A stretch of DNA of 64,000 nt, from positions 1-64,000 of IMG/VR virus record IMGVR_UViG_3300013121_000013; one strand, given 5' to 3'. A program made the position numbers and the translations under genes. The DNA is from a virus. Its lineage: Duplodnaviria > Caudoviricetes. Position 1 is the stretch's first letter; each line of letters opens with the position of its first letter. This document shows, one piece after another, positions 14,692 through 24,979 of this stretch. The notes beneath the pieces were generated by a model. The model did no database searches. It was not told where the DNA came from and worked only from the letters and a program-made list of their open reading frames with translations.

Positions 14692-15461
14692 TGCTATCTT
14701 TTCTTCATGGCGGCAGAATGGGGGATCTGATATTTGGTCTATCTGCAATTCGTGAGCTAGGTGGAGGAATCCTTTATTTAACTCGAAACTTTAGAATACA
14801 TAAAAATCGTCCTGGAAGTACTAGTTTATCCACTATTATGCCGTTCTTGCATACTCAGACATATCTTAAAGAGGTCAGAGTATGGGACGGTAAAGTAAAG
14901 GTAACTCACGATTTAAGAGATTTCCCTAATCATAGCCTTAATAGTGAAGGAAAAATATATAATCTAGTTGATATGCATAGAGCTGCTTGTGGACTAGATC
15001 ATAGCTCTGCTAATCATAACAGGCCCTGGCTGCAAGTAGATAAAACTAGAAAAATTATTGGTAGAGATATTCTTATACATCGAAGTCTTCACTATAGAAA
15101 TATAAATTTTCCATGGTCTAGACTTTTAAATAAGTTTCGAGATAGAGCTTTTTTTGTTGGACTAGTTGAAGAATATCAAGATTTTATTAATAAATTTGGA
15201 TGGATAGAATATGTCCCAACTCCAGATATAAACGAAGTTCTAAGATTGCTTTCAGGAGTTTCTCTATTTATAGGAAATCAGGGTGCTCCCTTTGCGCTTG
15301 CAGAAGGTCTTAAAAAACCTGTTTTCCTTGAAGCTTGTTGTACCGCTCCTTCTTGTATTTTTCCTAGACATAAAATGTATTGTTATTGGTGTGGGTCTAT
15401 TCCTCTGTGGCCGTCTGTATATAAACCCAAGAATCAAACAGATCAATGTTGGGAGTTTTAA
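14691..15461 (+). CDS. GT9/heptosyltransferase-like glycosyltransferase
   Basis: HGGRMGDLI...GGG and LFIGNQGAPFALAEGLKKP motifs. Confidence 0.65.
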   Translation: MLSFLHGGRMGDLIFGLSAIRELGGGILYLTRNFRIHKNRPGSTSLSTIMPFLHTQTYLKEVRVWDGKVKVTHDLRDFPNHSLNSEGKIYNLVDMHRAACGLDHSSANHNRPWLQVDKTRKIIGRDILIHRSLHYRNINFPWSRLLNKFRDRAFFVGLVEEYQDFINKFGWIEYVPTPDINEVLRLLSGVSLFIGNQGAPFALAEGLKKPVFLEACCTAPSCIFPRHKMYCYWCGSIPLWPSVYKPKNQTDQCWEF

Positions 15462-15478
15462 ATAAAGGAGCTATGTAA

Positions 15479-15751
15479 ATGTCTCTTGAAATTTGGAAAT
15501 TCCATGAAGCGCCAGTAGAATATCAAAATATGTTTCCTCTGTGTCCAAAGAGTAAGGCTAGATGGCTTTTACATTTGACTCCGGATATGGTCGAGGAAGC
15601 TTGTTGTTTGCCATTTTTATCTAAGAATGGAGTAGTTGGATATACGGTTGAACGTCGTCTATTAATAGGTACACACCACTTTTTATTCTTATTTTTGGAG
15701 AACTCGCATGAACAGACGATCGATAGCAGAACTACTACATACCAGATTTAG
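15479..15751 (+). CDS. Hypothetical protein
   Basis: AAGGAG RBS; 90 aa. Confidence 0.55.
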   Translation: MSLEIWKFHEAPVEYQNMFPLCPKSKARWLLHLTPDMVEEACCLPFLSKNGVVGYTVERRLLIGTHHFLFLFLENSHEQTIDSRTTTYQI

Positions 15752-16190
15752 AAAACAAGCTAGTAAGCGTCAGAATATTCTAGGAGAACTTTTATGTAAA
15801 TTAGCTGTTGAAAGACCTAACCCTTTTAATTACTTGACATATCCTGTTGTTGGAGGTCTTCTAGGGCATGCAGCTTCTGGTGGCAGCAATATACAAGCTT
15901 TAAGTGGTGCAGGTGCTGGCCTAGGTGCAGTTCTTGGAAGTGATTTGGCCATTAATGCAGTTGGCGAAAACTCCGGCGTTCCAGGTGTTTTAGCTAAATC
16001 TCTAGGTACAGCCGCTGGAGGTGTAGGTGGATATGGTTTGATAAGAGCGTTATTAGGAAAAGAAGAGAAAAAGAAAAAACAAGAAGAGCAGTTATTCTTA
16101 CATCCAAACATGAGTTCTTTGAGTCAGATGAGGCTGCCAGCAAGCTTTGACGATAGAGCGCTAGTCGCATCAATGCAGACACAGTTATAA
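15708..16190 (+). CDS. Glycine-zipper protein (possible internal virion protein)
   Basis: GxxxG-rich hydrophobic segments; GGAG RBS. Confidence 0.55.
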   Translation: MNRRSIAELLHTRFRKQASKRQNILGELLCKLAVERPNPFNYLTYPVVGGLLGHAASGGSNIQALSGAGAGLGAVLGSDLAINAVGENSGVPGVLAKSLGTAAGGVGGYGLIRALLGKEEKKKKQEEQLFLHPNMSSLSQMRLPASFDDRALVASMQTQL

Positions 16191-16201
16191 GGTATTAAAA
16201 T

Positions 16202-18043
16202 ATGCAAAGTTTTAAACAGTACTGCTATATGCTTGGAAAATCGGCTGCTTGGTCGTTTAACTCTAAAGGTTGTGTAGGAAAGATTAAGCAAGCTGCTCAA
16301 CTTTATCGTGGTTTGAAGACTGACTATGTAGAACCAAACATTGATAATAAGCGGTATAATGAATTGATTACCAGCGCACTAGATGGCGGTTTATCTAGAA
16401 AAGCACAACACGAATTGCAAATGCTTGGGCGCAGACGCGAACAATTTTACACTGACCAAGAGAATGAGGCGCGACAATATGCTGGTCCTGGCGGTACTTT
16501 GGTGAAATTAAATCTTCCTGATGCTGGCCTATCTGAGTTTAGGTGGACATACAACAATCTCGGTAGGCCAAATCAGTTTTTAACTGGTGCAATAGACTCA
16601 GCGCGATTACAGCGGTTGTTGCAGCGTAGACGATGGTTGCAAAGCATTGAAAAGATAATAATACAACATAACGAGAAACAAGCTGCTAAAGGTATACCAG
16701 ATAGAAAAGATTACGGAGATTTATCAAATATTAATATTGGTCAATTAGTTGATTGGATAGTTCAAAAACACGACGCAGAGAGAGCGGGAACTCATTATGA
16801 CGTTCGGTTTGGAACTCCAGAATCTGGATTGTACTCATGGGCAGCTAGAAAAGGCTTACCTAAACCTGGAGAGAAAAACTTAGCCGTTCAACAACCTCTT
16901 CACTCTTATGATTATAAAGATTTTGAAGGCCGAATTGAGGAAGGCTACGGCAAAGGAAACGTCAAGAAGCAAGATTCAGGAGAGATTCTATTAACTGATG
17001 TTTCTCCTAATAAGATTAATTTTACTACCGGTTCTAAGAGATTCCCAGAGAGATTCTCTTTAGTAAGAACAGGCAAAGGTAAGAACTGGCTTTTATTAAA
17101 CACAACACCAACAAAATCAGTAGGTGTAGATAAGGTACATTATAAGGTAGTAGACGCTGATAAAGTTCAGCCTTTGATAGACGATCTATCAAAAGGCTCG
17201 TCTGTTCAGGCTAAGATAGATGGAGCCTCTTCTTTAATTAATCTAGTTAAAGATAAAGTTGAGCTTCTTTCATATAGACAAAACAAAGCTACTGGATATC
17301 CAATCTTTCATACTGAAAGGGCTTTTGGTGGAATACCCAAAGGAGTTCCTAAAGATTTAAATGACACTACCTTGAGAGGAGAGCTTTATGGATTAAAGAA
17401 TAATAAAGTCATTCCTCCAAGCGAGTTAGGTGGGCTCCTTAACTCTGGAGTAGCTAAAAGCTTAAAAGATCAGAAAGATCGAGGCATACAACTTAGAAAT
17501 ATGGTGTATGATATAGCTAAGTATAAAGGAAAAGAAATAGATGTAAATAAAATACCATACGAGCAACGAATGAAATATATAAAAGAAATACTTGATAAGA
17601 TTCCGCACGGAGATAGATTTGAAGTTGCCCAGGAAGCTAAGACTCCAGACGAAGCAAGATCTTTACTAGATAGCATTAGATCCGGGCAGCACCCTCAAAC
17701 TTCTGAAGGAATAGTTATTCATCCTCCTACTGGAAATCCTATTAAGTCTAAGCTCCTTGAAGAACAGGATGTTCATATAAGAGAATTCTTCCCAGGAAAA
17801 GGAAGGTTGCTAGATAAGGGTGTAGGTGGGTTTAAATATAGCTTAACTCCTACAGGGCCTATATTAGGAGAAGTAGGGACCGGGCTGACAGATGATATGC
17901 GAAGTCAGATGCATCAGGACCAAGGGTCTTTTATAGGCCGCCGAGCCAGGGTCAGATCACAAGGAGCGCTGCCTAGCGGTGCATTAAGGGCGCCGGCTTT
18001 AATATCTTTACATGAAGATTATCCTCTTATGCAAGGACAATAA
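16202..18043 (+). CDS. ATP-dependent DNA ligase fused to a LigD-type 3'-phosphoesterase domain
   Basis: VQKHDA..HYDVRF..SWAARKG..H..DY.DFEG.I..GYGKG (PE domain); KIDG, GELY, YDI, EGIV, VGTGL (ligase/OB fold). Confidence 0.88.
   Translation: MQSFKQYCYMLGKSAAWSFNSKGCVGKIKQAAQLYRGLKTDYVEPNIDNKRYNELITSALDGGLSRKAQHELQMLGRRREQFYTDQENEARQYAGPGGTLVKLNLPDAGLSEFRWTYNNLGRPNQFLTGAIDSARLQRLLQRRRWLQSIEKIIIQHNEKQAAKGIPDRKDYGDLSNINIGQLVDWIVQKHDAERAGTHYDVRFGTPESGLYSWAARKGLPKPGEKNLAVQQPLHSYDYKDFEGRIEEGYGKGNVKKQDSGEILLTDVSPNKINFTTGSKRFPERFSLVRTGKGKNWLLLNTTPTKSVGVDKVHYKVVDADKVQPLIDDLSKGSSVQAKIDGASSLINLVKDKVELLSYRQNKATGYPIFHTERAFGGIPKGVPKDLNDTTLRGELYGLKNNKVIPPSELGGLLNSGVAKSLKDQKDRGIQLRNMVYDIAKYKGKEIDVNKIPYEQRMKYIKEILDKIPHGDRFEVAQEAKTPDEARSLLDSIRSGQHPQTSEGIVIHPPTGNPIKSKLLEEQDVHIREFFPGKGRLLDKGVGGFKYSLTPTGPILGEVGTGLTDDMRSQMHQDQGSFIGRRARVRSQGALPSGALRAPALISLHEDYPLMQGQ
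17174..17192. promoter_or_regulatory. Palindromic motif copy 2 (TTGATAGA-CGA-TCTATCAA), intragenic
   Basis: Same 8-bp arms as the other copies, 3-nt spacer. Confidence 0.45.
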
Positions 18044-18045
18044 TA

Positions 18046-18828
18046 GTGAATAACAACATTTTATTTGGCTTTACTATGGGTGTTAAAGCTAGCTCTTGCA
18101 AGACAGCTCAAGATAGGGCACCTCTTGACGAAAACGATATGAAGTCCGTACAAAACTACATATCAGATTTAAGAAAAAGAACTCCGCCCATGATAGATTG
18201 GCTAAAGGAGTGGGTTAAAGCATCCCCAACTGTCTTATCTCCTAGGGATGTTCTTAGAGATCGAATTTCTATTTTAGACGATAGAAATTTAATCGGAGAT
18301 AAGCCTCTTATGGGAAGTGCCAGATATCACAGACCGTCAGTAATAGAGCATATAAATCAATTTGATGCTGGAAGAAAGGCTATAAAAGATTTAGACCTAG
18401 TTAAAGTAGACCTAGATAAAAGTAATCAAGATAATGCAAAATTGCAGAAATGGACCACTAACCCTAGATTCTGGACAGGAATAGGTATAGGTGCCGGAAT
18501 TCCGTTAGTAGCATACGGAGCTAAGAAGTTATATGATTATGCGACTACTCCAGAGAAAAAGAAGCAAGTTAAAGTCGCTTCTCAAGGTCCGGTCAAGAAT
18601 CCTATATTAGAGCAGCTTTTACAGGCTAAGACCTTTTCAGATAAAAAGAAGTTTCAAGAAAAGCAGAGAATACTTAGAAAATTAATGTCTTCTTATCCTG
18701 AAGATTTTTTTGTAGATTCTAAACTTAATGATAAGTTTATAGGACTTACACACAGGCCTACAAATTTTCAATTACATCTTCCTGCAACAGCAGTTCCACA
18801 AGAGGTACAGTCTACCTATGTTAAATAA
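18046..18828 (+). CDS. Hypothetical protein with one TM segment
   Basis: 260 aa ORF in a tightly packed operon. Confidence 0.65.
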   Translation: MNNNILFGFTMGVKASSCKTAQDRAPLDENDMKSVQNYISDLRKRTPPMIDWLKEWVKASPTVLSPRDVLRDRISILDDRNLIGDKPLMGSARYHRPSVIEHINQFDAGRKAIKDLDLVKVDLDKSNQDNAKLQKWTTNPRFWTGIGIGAGIPLVAYGAKKLYDYATTPEKKKQVKVASQGPVKNPILEQLLQAKTFSDKKKFQEKQRILRKLMSSYPEDFFVDSKLNDKFIGLTHRPTNFQLHLPATAVPQEVQSTYVK

Positions 18829-19921
18829 ATCTATAGAGAATACTATTAATGAAGCTCTTTGGAAAACTGTTCCAGAACAAGCAATAGAATTTGCTAAAAG
18901 AGCTGCGCCTCAAGCTTTTTCTATATCTGAGGCCATAATAGATATGCCTACGTATGGTTATGTATATTACTTTCCTGTTGAGAAAGAGGCATACATTGTA
19001 ACAGATAAGAATTCTGAAGAAATTTGGAAAGATAAATTATCTAAAGTTGCTAATTTAAAAGTAGCAGTAGCTCCTCCGGTGCCTCCAAATCCTAGCCCAA
19101 GAGTTCCTATAGCAAATTCAAATATTAAAGCAAGGGACGTGTTTGGCCCTATTGCATCTTTTGCTGGTTGGAGAGAAGGACCAACTGCAAATCTATTTGG
19201 AGGTCCAAACACGCTTTCAGCTGCTATAGGGACTGGTTTACTGGGAGCAGGAGTTGGCTATGGTGCCGGATGGCTTGGAGAACTGTTAGCTGGCGATGAA
19301 AATCTTAAAAAGGGAAGATTAAGAAACTCCCTAGCTCTACTAGGTGGTGCAGCCGGCACTATGCCAGCATTATGGGCTGGATATAATGGCTGGTTTAAAC
19401 AGTCTTCCTGTATTAATATTCCAAATCCTTTAAAAGAAGGGTATAAGGATTTAGTTAAATCTTTGCCGTCTAATATATACATTAAAACCTTAGAGAAAAA
19501 ATCTGACGACGGATGGCTGCCAGGCGTTGGATTTAGAAGTAATATTAATAGAATGCTGGACCCCTCGTCGTACAGCACGACAGGTGCTTTTGGAGAAGGT
19601 TACTGGGAGCCAACTATTCCAAAAGATAATTTTAATCAGGCCATATGGAATGATCCTATGACTCCGACCTCTATTCGTGCTGGTGCAGCTGGCCTTGTCT
19701 CTGGAGCTTCTGCAATAAGAGGAGGAGATACATGGGTGTCACCGGCAGATATAGCTAGAGTCGCAGTAGGTATGGGATCTGGATATGTTTCTGGTAAGAT
19801 AGTTGGCAAGGCTTTAGGAGCCTTAGCCGGCCTACAACCTAAAGCTCAAGAAAGACTTCAGGACGCTGGTATATGGGCTGGCCTTTTAACTAATGTAATT
19901 CCGAAAGCGTTTGGAAATTGA
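18818..19921 (+). CDS. Glycine-zipper hypothetical protein
   Basis: 367 aa; several Gly/Ala-rich hydrophobic segments. Confidence 0.7.
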   Translation: MLNKSIENTINEALWKTVPEQAIEFAKRAAPQAFSISEAIIDMPTYGYVYYFPVEKEAYIVTDKNSEEIWKDKLSKVANLKVAVAPPVPPNPSPRVPIANSNIKARDVFGPIASFAGWREGPTANLFGGPNTLSAAIGTGLLGAGVGYGAGWLGELLAGDENLKKGRLRNSLALLGGAAGTMPALWAGYNGWFKQSSCINIPNPLKEGYKDLVKSLPSNIYIKTLEKKSDDGWLPGVGFRSNINRMLDPSSYSTTGAFGEGYWEPTIPKDNFNQAIWNDPMTPTSIRAGAAGLVSGASAIRGGDTWVSPADIARVAVGMGSGYVSGKIVGKALGALAGLQPKAQERLQDAGIWAGLLTNVIPKAFGN

Positions 19922-19935
19922 TAGATGTCTATCAA
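19918..19935. promoter_or_regulatory. Palindromic motif copy 3 (TTGATAGATGTCTATCAA)
   Basis: Overlaps the upstream TGA stop and precedes an AGGAG RBS. Confidence 0.65.
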
Positions 19936-19953
19936 AAAGTTCTAGGAGAAAAA

Positions 19954-20493
19954 ATGAATCCTTGTTTTGTAGATTTTTTAAATAAGCAAGTGTCTAAAAC
20001 TCAGTCTTATGTTAACAAAGTTAAGAATTACTTATTTGGTTGGTTCAAGAAAGAGGAAGCTAAGAATCAAGACGATCAGCCGTATACTCCTCCAGAGGGG
20101 TATGTTTCAGAGCTAGAGGCTATCAGTGAAGCGTTTAAACTTAGTATGCAAAATCCAGGAAATTCGTATAGAGTTATTAAAGACGGTCGAGGATTTGCTA
20201 AAGTAGAAAGATTTGATCTAGACACGAAGCAAATCAAAAAGAATAAAGATGACCATCCATCTATTCCTCTAGTCAGTATGCCAAAGCCTGATGTTCAGAT
20301 TGTTGACTTTGCCAGAATCGGCAGCAGAGCTTGCGCAGTATGTCCATATTGTAGGTCTACAATTATGCCTGATATCTCTGTAGAGGCAGAGTCGTATAAG
20401 ATTGAGATGGGCAGCGAAGCAGCTAAATTTTTCGAAGAACAAAAGAAGCAAATTCTAGACGAAGAAGAGAAGAAACGTAAGGGATTACAGTAA
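19954..20493 (+). CDS. Hypothetical protein with a CPYC motif
   Basis: AGGAG RBS before ATG 19954. Confidence 0.6.
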   Translation: MNPCFVDFLNKQVSKTQSYVNKVKNYLFGWFKKEEAKNQDDQPYTPPEGYVSELEAISEAFKLSMQNPGNSYRVIKDGRGFAKVERFDLDTKQIKKNKDDHPSIPLVSMPKPDVQIVDFARIGSRACAVCPYCRSTIMPDISVEAESYKIEMGSEAAKFFEEQKKQILDEEEKKRKGLQ

Positions 20494-20628
20494 TATATTG
20501 AATTAATATTAGATTAATTTAGACAGTCCTTGCGGTGCTAAATATACCAGATAAATCTGGTATTATATAGTGCTGCGAGGACTTTAGTATTCTTTGGAAT
20601 CAAGTTTTTTAGTTGTTAGGAGAGCAAG

Positions 20629-21705
20629 ATGCGTTTGACACACCAAATCGCTATTCAATCTGGTGTTCCGACTTTGTTCTATGGCGAGCCGGGAGTTGGT
20701 AAGTCCAGCTCTCTTATGGCGTTCGGAGCTGCTCTTAATGAGCCGACAGAAGTCGTTATTTCTTCTGTTCGAGAACCGTCTGATTTTGCCGGTCTTCCTG
20801 TTCTGACAGAACAAGGCGTTATTCTTCACGCTCCGTCGTGGGCGCACCGGCTGTGCAAGGCTGGTCATGGAATTCTATTTTTGGACGAGATTTCTACTGC
20901 AGCGCCTGCCGTACAGTCAGCGCTATTGCGAGTGGTACTCGATGGTGTTGTAGGTGATCTAGAGCTGCCAAAGCGTGTCAAGGTGGTTGCTGCCTGTAAT
21001 CCAGTGGATCAGGCAGCGAATGGTTGGGATCTGGCTCCACCTCTTGCAAATCGATTCTGCCATATCAAATGGCGAGTTGATACCGAGAAGTGGATCGATG
21101 GAATGGTGTCTGGATTCCCGACACCTGAAGTAACTAAGCTGCCGGACGATTGGTACGAGCAGTGTATGCCTCAGTCCAGGGCTATCGTCGCTTCTTTTAT
21201 TAAGGCTCGACAGGCGCTCCTTCTGAATCTCCCTAAAGACGAGTCTCAGATGGGTGGTGCATGGGCATCGCCTCGATCCTGGACTATGGCGGCTCAAATG
21301 CTTGCTGCCTGTGATTCCATCAAGGCTCCTAAAGAATGCAAGATGGAACTTATCGCCGGCTGCGTTGGCGAGGCCCCGGCTCTGGAGTTCGTGAATTGGG
21401 CAGAAGAGCTGGATCTTCCTGATCCGGAGTTCGTCCTGGCCAATCCAGAGAAGTTCAAGCTACCAAAGCGTGGCGATCGTGTTTACGCTTGCTTGTCTAC
21501 TATCGTGGCCGCTGTGCTTAATAACAACACTCCTAAGCGATGGGTGGCGTGTTGGAAGGTGCTGGCGCTTACTCAGGATGAGGGTATGGCTGACGTTGGA
21601 GCGTCGGCAGCTATTACTCTTAGTAAGAATCGTCCGCCCAAGACCAGCCCACCTCCTGAGGCTAATAAGTTCATGAAGCTTCTGGTTCAAGCTGGAGTTT
21701 ACTAA
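20629..21705 (+). CDS. MoxR-like AAA+ ATPase
   Basis: Walker A GEPGVGKS, Walker B LFLDE, VVAACN, PPLANRF, SPRSW. Confidence 0.92.
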   Translation: MRLTHQIAIQSGVPTLFYGEPGVGKSSSLMAFGAALNEPTEVVISSVREPSDFAGLPVLTEQGVILHAPSWAHRLCKAGHGILFLDEISTAAPAVQSALLRVVLDGVVGDLELPKRVKVVAACNPVDQAANGWDLAPPLANRFCHIKWRVDTEKWIDGMVSGFPTPEVTKLPDDWYEQCMPQSRAIVASFIKARQALLLNLPKDESQMGGAWASPRSWTMAAQMLAACDSIKAPKECKMELIAGCVGEAPALEFVNWAEELDLPDPEFVLANPEKFKLPKRGDRVYACLSTIVAAVLNNNTPKRWVACWKVLALTQDEGMADVGASAAITLSKNRPPKTSPPPEANKFMKLLVQAGVY

Positions 21706-22532
21706 TGCTAGATAGACCGAAGTCTGTATACATTTCTATATTTTGCTGCGGGGACGAGCATCTAGTTAAGATCAAACCCAATGGAACTATTTGTTTATTA
21801 AATCATATCTTAAAACAAGAAAGAATATTAAAGGCATTGAGTAAGGATGAAGTTCCTTGCATGAAATTCTTGACTATGTGGAACGACATCATGACTCAGC
21901 ATAAAAGATACAATATACTTAGAGAAATAAATTTTCAAACTTTAGCCTCAACTTTGAATAAGTTATTGCCAGGTATAAGAACTGGACGTAAGCATTCTAA
22001 AGGAAATTGTCTAGAAAACAGCGACTCATCGTTAAGACATTTAAAGCCATTCTTTCGATCTTGCCTAGACAAAAGAGAAAAACGTATAGAATTATCAGTT
22101 CTTGTAAATAAAAGTAAAACTTATCAGCCTTTAATGGATAGGGTTCGTAGAAGTATAATCGAAGCAGCCGCCGGATGTCTTCAATCATCAGAGTTTTACT
22201 TAAAACTTAGATCTCCTCCATATAAAATATATCCTTACATAAATAAACAAATAGACCTCCTATTTGAAGAGAACGTTAACTCTATGCCTGCTATTTGGAA
22301 AAGTGAAAACGGTTCCTTAAACTTGTTTCTAGATAGTTCATTCTTATGGTTATCAAAACATAAACTAGTTATTATAGATAACGCATTCGTAATTAATATC
22401 TTAGACAAAGAAAAGCTAATAGTAGGATACGTTAATTTAATAAGAACCTCAGACAAACATTGGGATATAGATAGTAAACAAATTGGTAGAATTATCTTCC
22501 AAGGAGACGGTAAATGTCCAAAAATTGTCTGA
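21705..22532 (+). CDS. Hypothetical protein with a Cys/His N-terminal motif
   Basis: CCGDEH...LNH...ERILKAL...C; translationally coupled to the MoxR gene. Confidence 0.65.
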   Translation: MLDRPKSVYISIFCCGDEHLVKIKPNGTICLLNHILKQERILKALSKDEVPCMKFLTMWNDIMTQHKRYNILREINFQTLASTLNKLLPGIRTGRKHSKGNCLENSDSSLRHLKPFFRSCLDKREKRIELSVLVNKSKTYQPLMDRVRRSIIEAAAGCLQSSEFYLKLRSPPYKIYPYINKQIDLLFEENVNSMPAIWKSENGSLNLFLDSSFLWLSKHKLVIIDNAFVINILDKEKLIVGYVNLIRTSDKHWDIDSKQIGRIIFQGDGKCPKIV

Positions 22533-23047
22533 GTAGATCTAAAGTAATTCCTATTATTAAAGACCTAGTGTGTGGATCTGAAAGGCATTCGATTGGATTA
22601 AACTACAAGGGTCAATTTGTATTTTTAAATCATAGCAATAATCTAGAAGTCATGGCTGAAAGAGTGATTAAATCGCTCGGAGGCCGACCTTCTGGTTGTG
22701 GGGCTTTTTTCTTATTCTTGACAAACAAAATTCCTATATTTTGGAATAGCGAAGAAGATGCAGGATATAGATTTTGCGACTCTAGCAATGAGACCCTGCA
22801 ACTTCTATTGGCTATAGCTAGACTTAAGAGGTTCTACAGAGAAGTTAGAGACTCGGCCAAAGTTGAAAATACTCCTTTAAATAAACTTTTTTTTGAAGCA
22901 GGTTTCATAAAAGCATTTCTGGAAGGTATATTTGACTCTAAAGATATGGAGTATATAGGTAAATGCGTATTTGATGACGGTATGTTTATTAATTGTAAAG
23001 TTTCCAGACCTTTAGTTTGGGAGATACTTAATGGGAACACCGATTGA
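22514..23047 (+). CDS. Hypothetical protein, paralog of the upstream gene
   Basis: CGSERH...LNH...ERVIKSLGG...C. Confidence 0.6.
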   Translation: MSKNCLSRSKVIPIIKDLVCGSERHSIGLNYKGQFVFLNHSNNLEVMAERVIKSLGGRPSGCGAFFLFLTNKIPIFWNSEEDAGYRFCDSSNETLQLLLAIARLKRFYREVRDSAKVENTPLNKLFFEAGFIKAFLEGIFDSKDMEYIGKCVFDDGMFINCKVSRPLVWEILNGNTD

Positions 23048-24446
23048 GTTATCGGCGGCTCGCTTTAGAGCTGCGAGCGAACGTCCTTACTTAGCTACTG
23101 CGATTATGTCAATGATCCCCATCGAAACCAAAGGTCTAGGAACTCTTGCCTGCGATCGGTGGTGGCGACTATACTACGATCCAGCGATTCTGACCGAGTG
23201 GAGCGTTCAAGATCTATCAAGTGTGGTTATACACGAGGTGGGTCATCTTATTCGAAATCATATGGAGAGGTTTGAACGACTAGGAGTACAAAATTTTTAT
23301 GGATCTCAGTTAGCTAACGTCGCTGGCGATATGGAGATCAATGACGATCTCAAGGCAGAAGGTTTGACCCTGCCTGGTACGCCAGCTTTGCCGTCTCAAA
23401 TTAATATGCCGGACGGACTCCTATGCGAACAGTACTACACAGAACTGGTTAAGCAGAACCCACAGGCTATGTCCCAATCTGGGATGTGCCAAAGTGGAAC
23501 AGGACAGGGACAAAAATCTGGCCAATCACAACCTGGTCAGCAGGGTAACAATAAAGGCAACTCCTCTACGTGGGGACGACAAGGACAATCCGGCCAGAAA
23601 GGCAACAACCAGCAAGGCAAAGGGTCTGGATCTACTCCGGGTAAACTGCCAGATGATTTTCAAACTGGCCTAGGCTCAGGACAATGCGGTAGTTGCGCAT
23701 CTGGGGTGCAGCAGCCCTGGGAGCTAGGACCTCCTGATGGCGGCGCCAGTGGAGACCCAGATCGACAGAGCGGAATCCATTCTATGGAAGGCGAGCTTAT
23801 TCGCAGGAAGGTCGCTCAAGAAATTCTAGAGCATAGCAAGAGCAGAGGCACTATCCCTGCTGGATGGAAACGATGGGCTGAACTTCATATGAAGCCCAAG
23901 ATCGATTGGCGCAAACAGCTCGGTACTATTATTCGCAGCACTATGGCTACGATTTCCGGCGCTGTTGATTATTCTAGATCCAGGCCAAATCGTAGGCAGC
24001 ATGCTATGGGTAAAGTAATTCTTCCGGCATTGCGGCAACCAACGCCAAATGTCGCTGTGGTGATTGATACGTCCGGATCCATGGACGATGCACGCATTAA
24101 CGCAGCTATGAGTGAAATTCAAGGCATCCTTAGTCAGATTGGCCAAAAGGATGGACTTAATGTCCTTTCTTGCGACTCAGCCGTTCACACTGCCAAGCGT
24201 GTGTTTAACATGAAACAAGTTAAGCCTCTAGGTGGCGGTGGTACAGACATGCGTATTGGTATCGATGCGGCTTTAAAGTCAAAGCCTAGGCCAGATTGTA
24301 TCATCTGCCTTACGGATGGCTATACCCCATGGCACGACAAACCAATTGGTACTAAGCTGGTAGTCTGTATGGTTGGCACTAAAGAAAAGGGCCCTCCTTA
24401 TGCTAAGACAATCTATATCGAAGAAAAAGACGTAATCAATGTTTAA
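23031..24446 (+). CDS. DUF2201-type putative metallopeptidase + vWA domain protein
   Basis: HEVGH, N.A.D.EIND, Gln/Gly linker, DTSGSM, GGGGTDM, CLTDGY. Confidence 0.9.
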   Translation: MGTPIELSAARFRAASERPYLATAIMSMIPIETKGLGTLACDRWWRLYYDPAILTEWSVQDLSSVVIHEVGHLIRNHMERFERLGVQNFYGSQLANVAGDMEINDDLKAEGLTLPGTPALPSQINMPDGLLCEQYYTELVKQNPQAMSQSGMCQSGTGQGQKSGQSQPGQQGNNKGNSSTWGRQGQSGQKGNNQQGKGSGSTPGKLPDDFQTGLGSGQCGSCASGVQQPWELGPPDGGASGDPDRQSGIHSMEGELIRRKVAQEILEHSKSRGTIPAGWKRWAELHMKPKIDWRKQLGTIIRSTMATISGAVDYSRSRPNRRQHAMGKVILPALRQPTPNVAVVIDTSGSMDDARINAAMSEIQGILSQIGQKDGLNVLSCDSAVHTAKRVFNMKQVKPLGGGGTDMRIGIDAALKSKPRPDCIICLTDGYTPWHDKPIGTKLVVCMVGTKEKGPPYAKTIYIEEKDVINV

Positions 24447-24451
24447 AGAAC

Positions 24452-24492
24452 ATGGACCTGGCCTTAGGCCAGGTCCATATTGCTTTTTCTTT
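24452..24492 (+). terminator. Terminator-like palindrome
   Basis: ATGGACCTGGCC/GGCCAGGTCCAT stem followed by a T-rich tract. Confidence 0.7.
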
Positions 24493-24580
24493 AGCTATTA
24501 GACAAAATCTAACTTCCAGTTAATAGCCTGTTTAGATATCATAAAATAATATATCCACTACTCGAAGAGAGATCAATTTA

Positions 24581-24979
24581 ATGGTTAACGTATTTCTGGC
24601 TAACACCTATGTATATAAAAATACAAGATTCTGGCCTGAATCTGGTATGATTTGGATTGAGGATACAAATACAGGTGAAGCCCAGGCCATCACTCGCAAA
24701 CAAGCGCTTTTAAGGGCTAAAAGCATAAACGATATGATTAATTTCTATCCGCACGCATCCGAAAGAGACGAGCAGCATAAGCTTGTTTCTGACCTTATAG
24801 AATGTGTGCGTAAAGCTAAAGAACAAGGCGATCCAACTGATCCAGAAGTTATAAAGCAAAAAGTTGCTGAGGCAAAAAGAACTAGTAGAGCCAAGATTCT
24901 TCTTCCTCCAGCTGGTATTAAACTCAATCCTAATGCGAAGCCTCTAGACCTTCCTGGACTTCGTAAAGTAGACTTTTAA
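24581..24979 (+). CDS. Hypothetical protein
   Basis: 132 aa ORF. Confidence 0.65.
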   Translation: MVNVFLANTYVYKNTRFWPESGMIWIEDTNTGEAQAITRKQALLRAKSINDMINFYPHASERDEQHKLVSDLIECVRKAKEQGDPTDPEVIKQKVAEAKRTSRAKILLPPAGIKLNPNAKPLDLPGLRKVDF

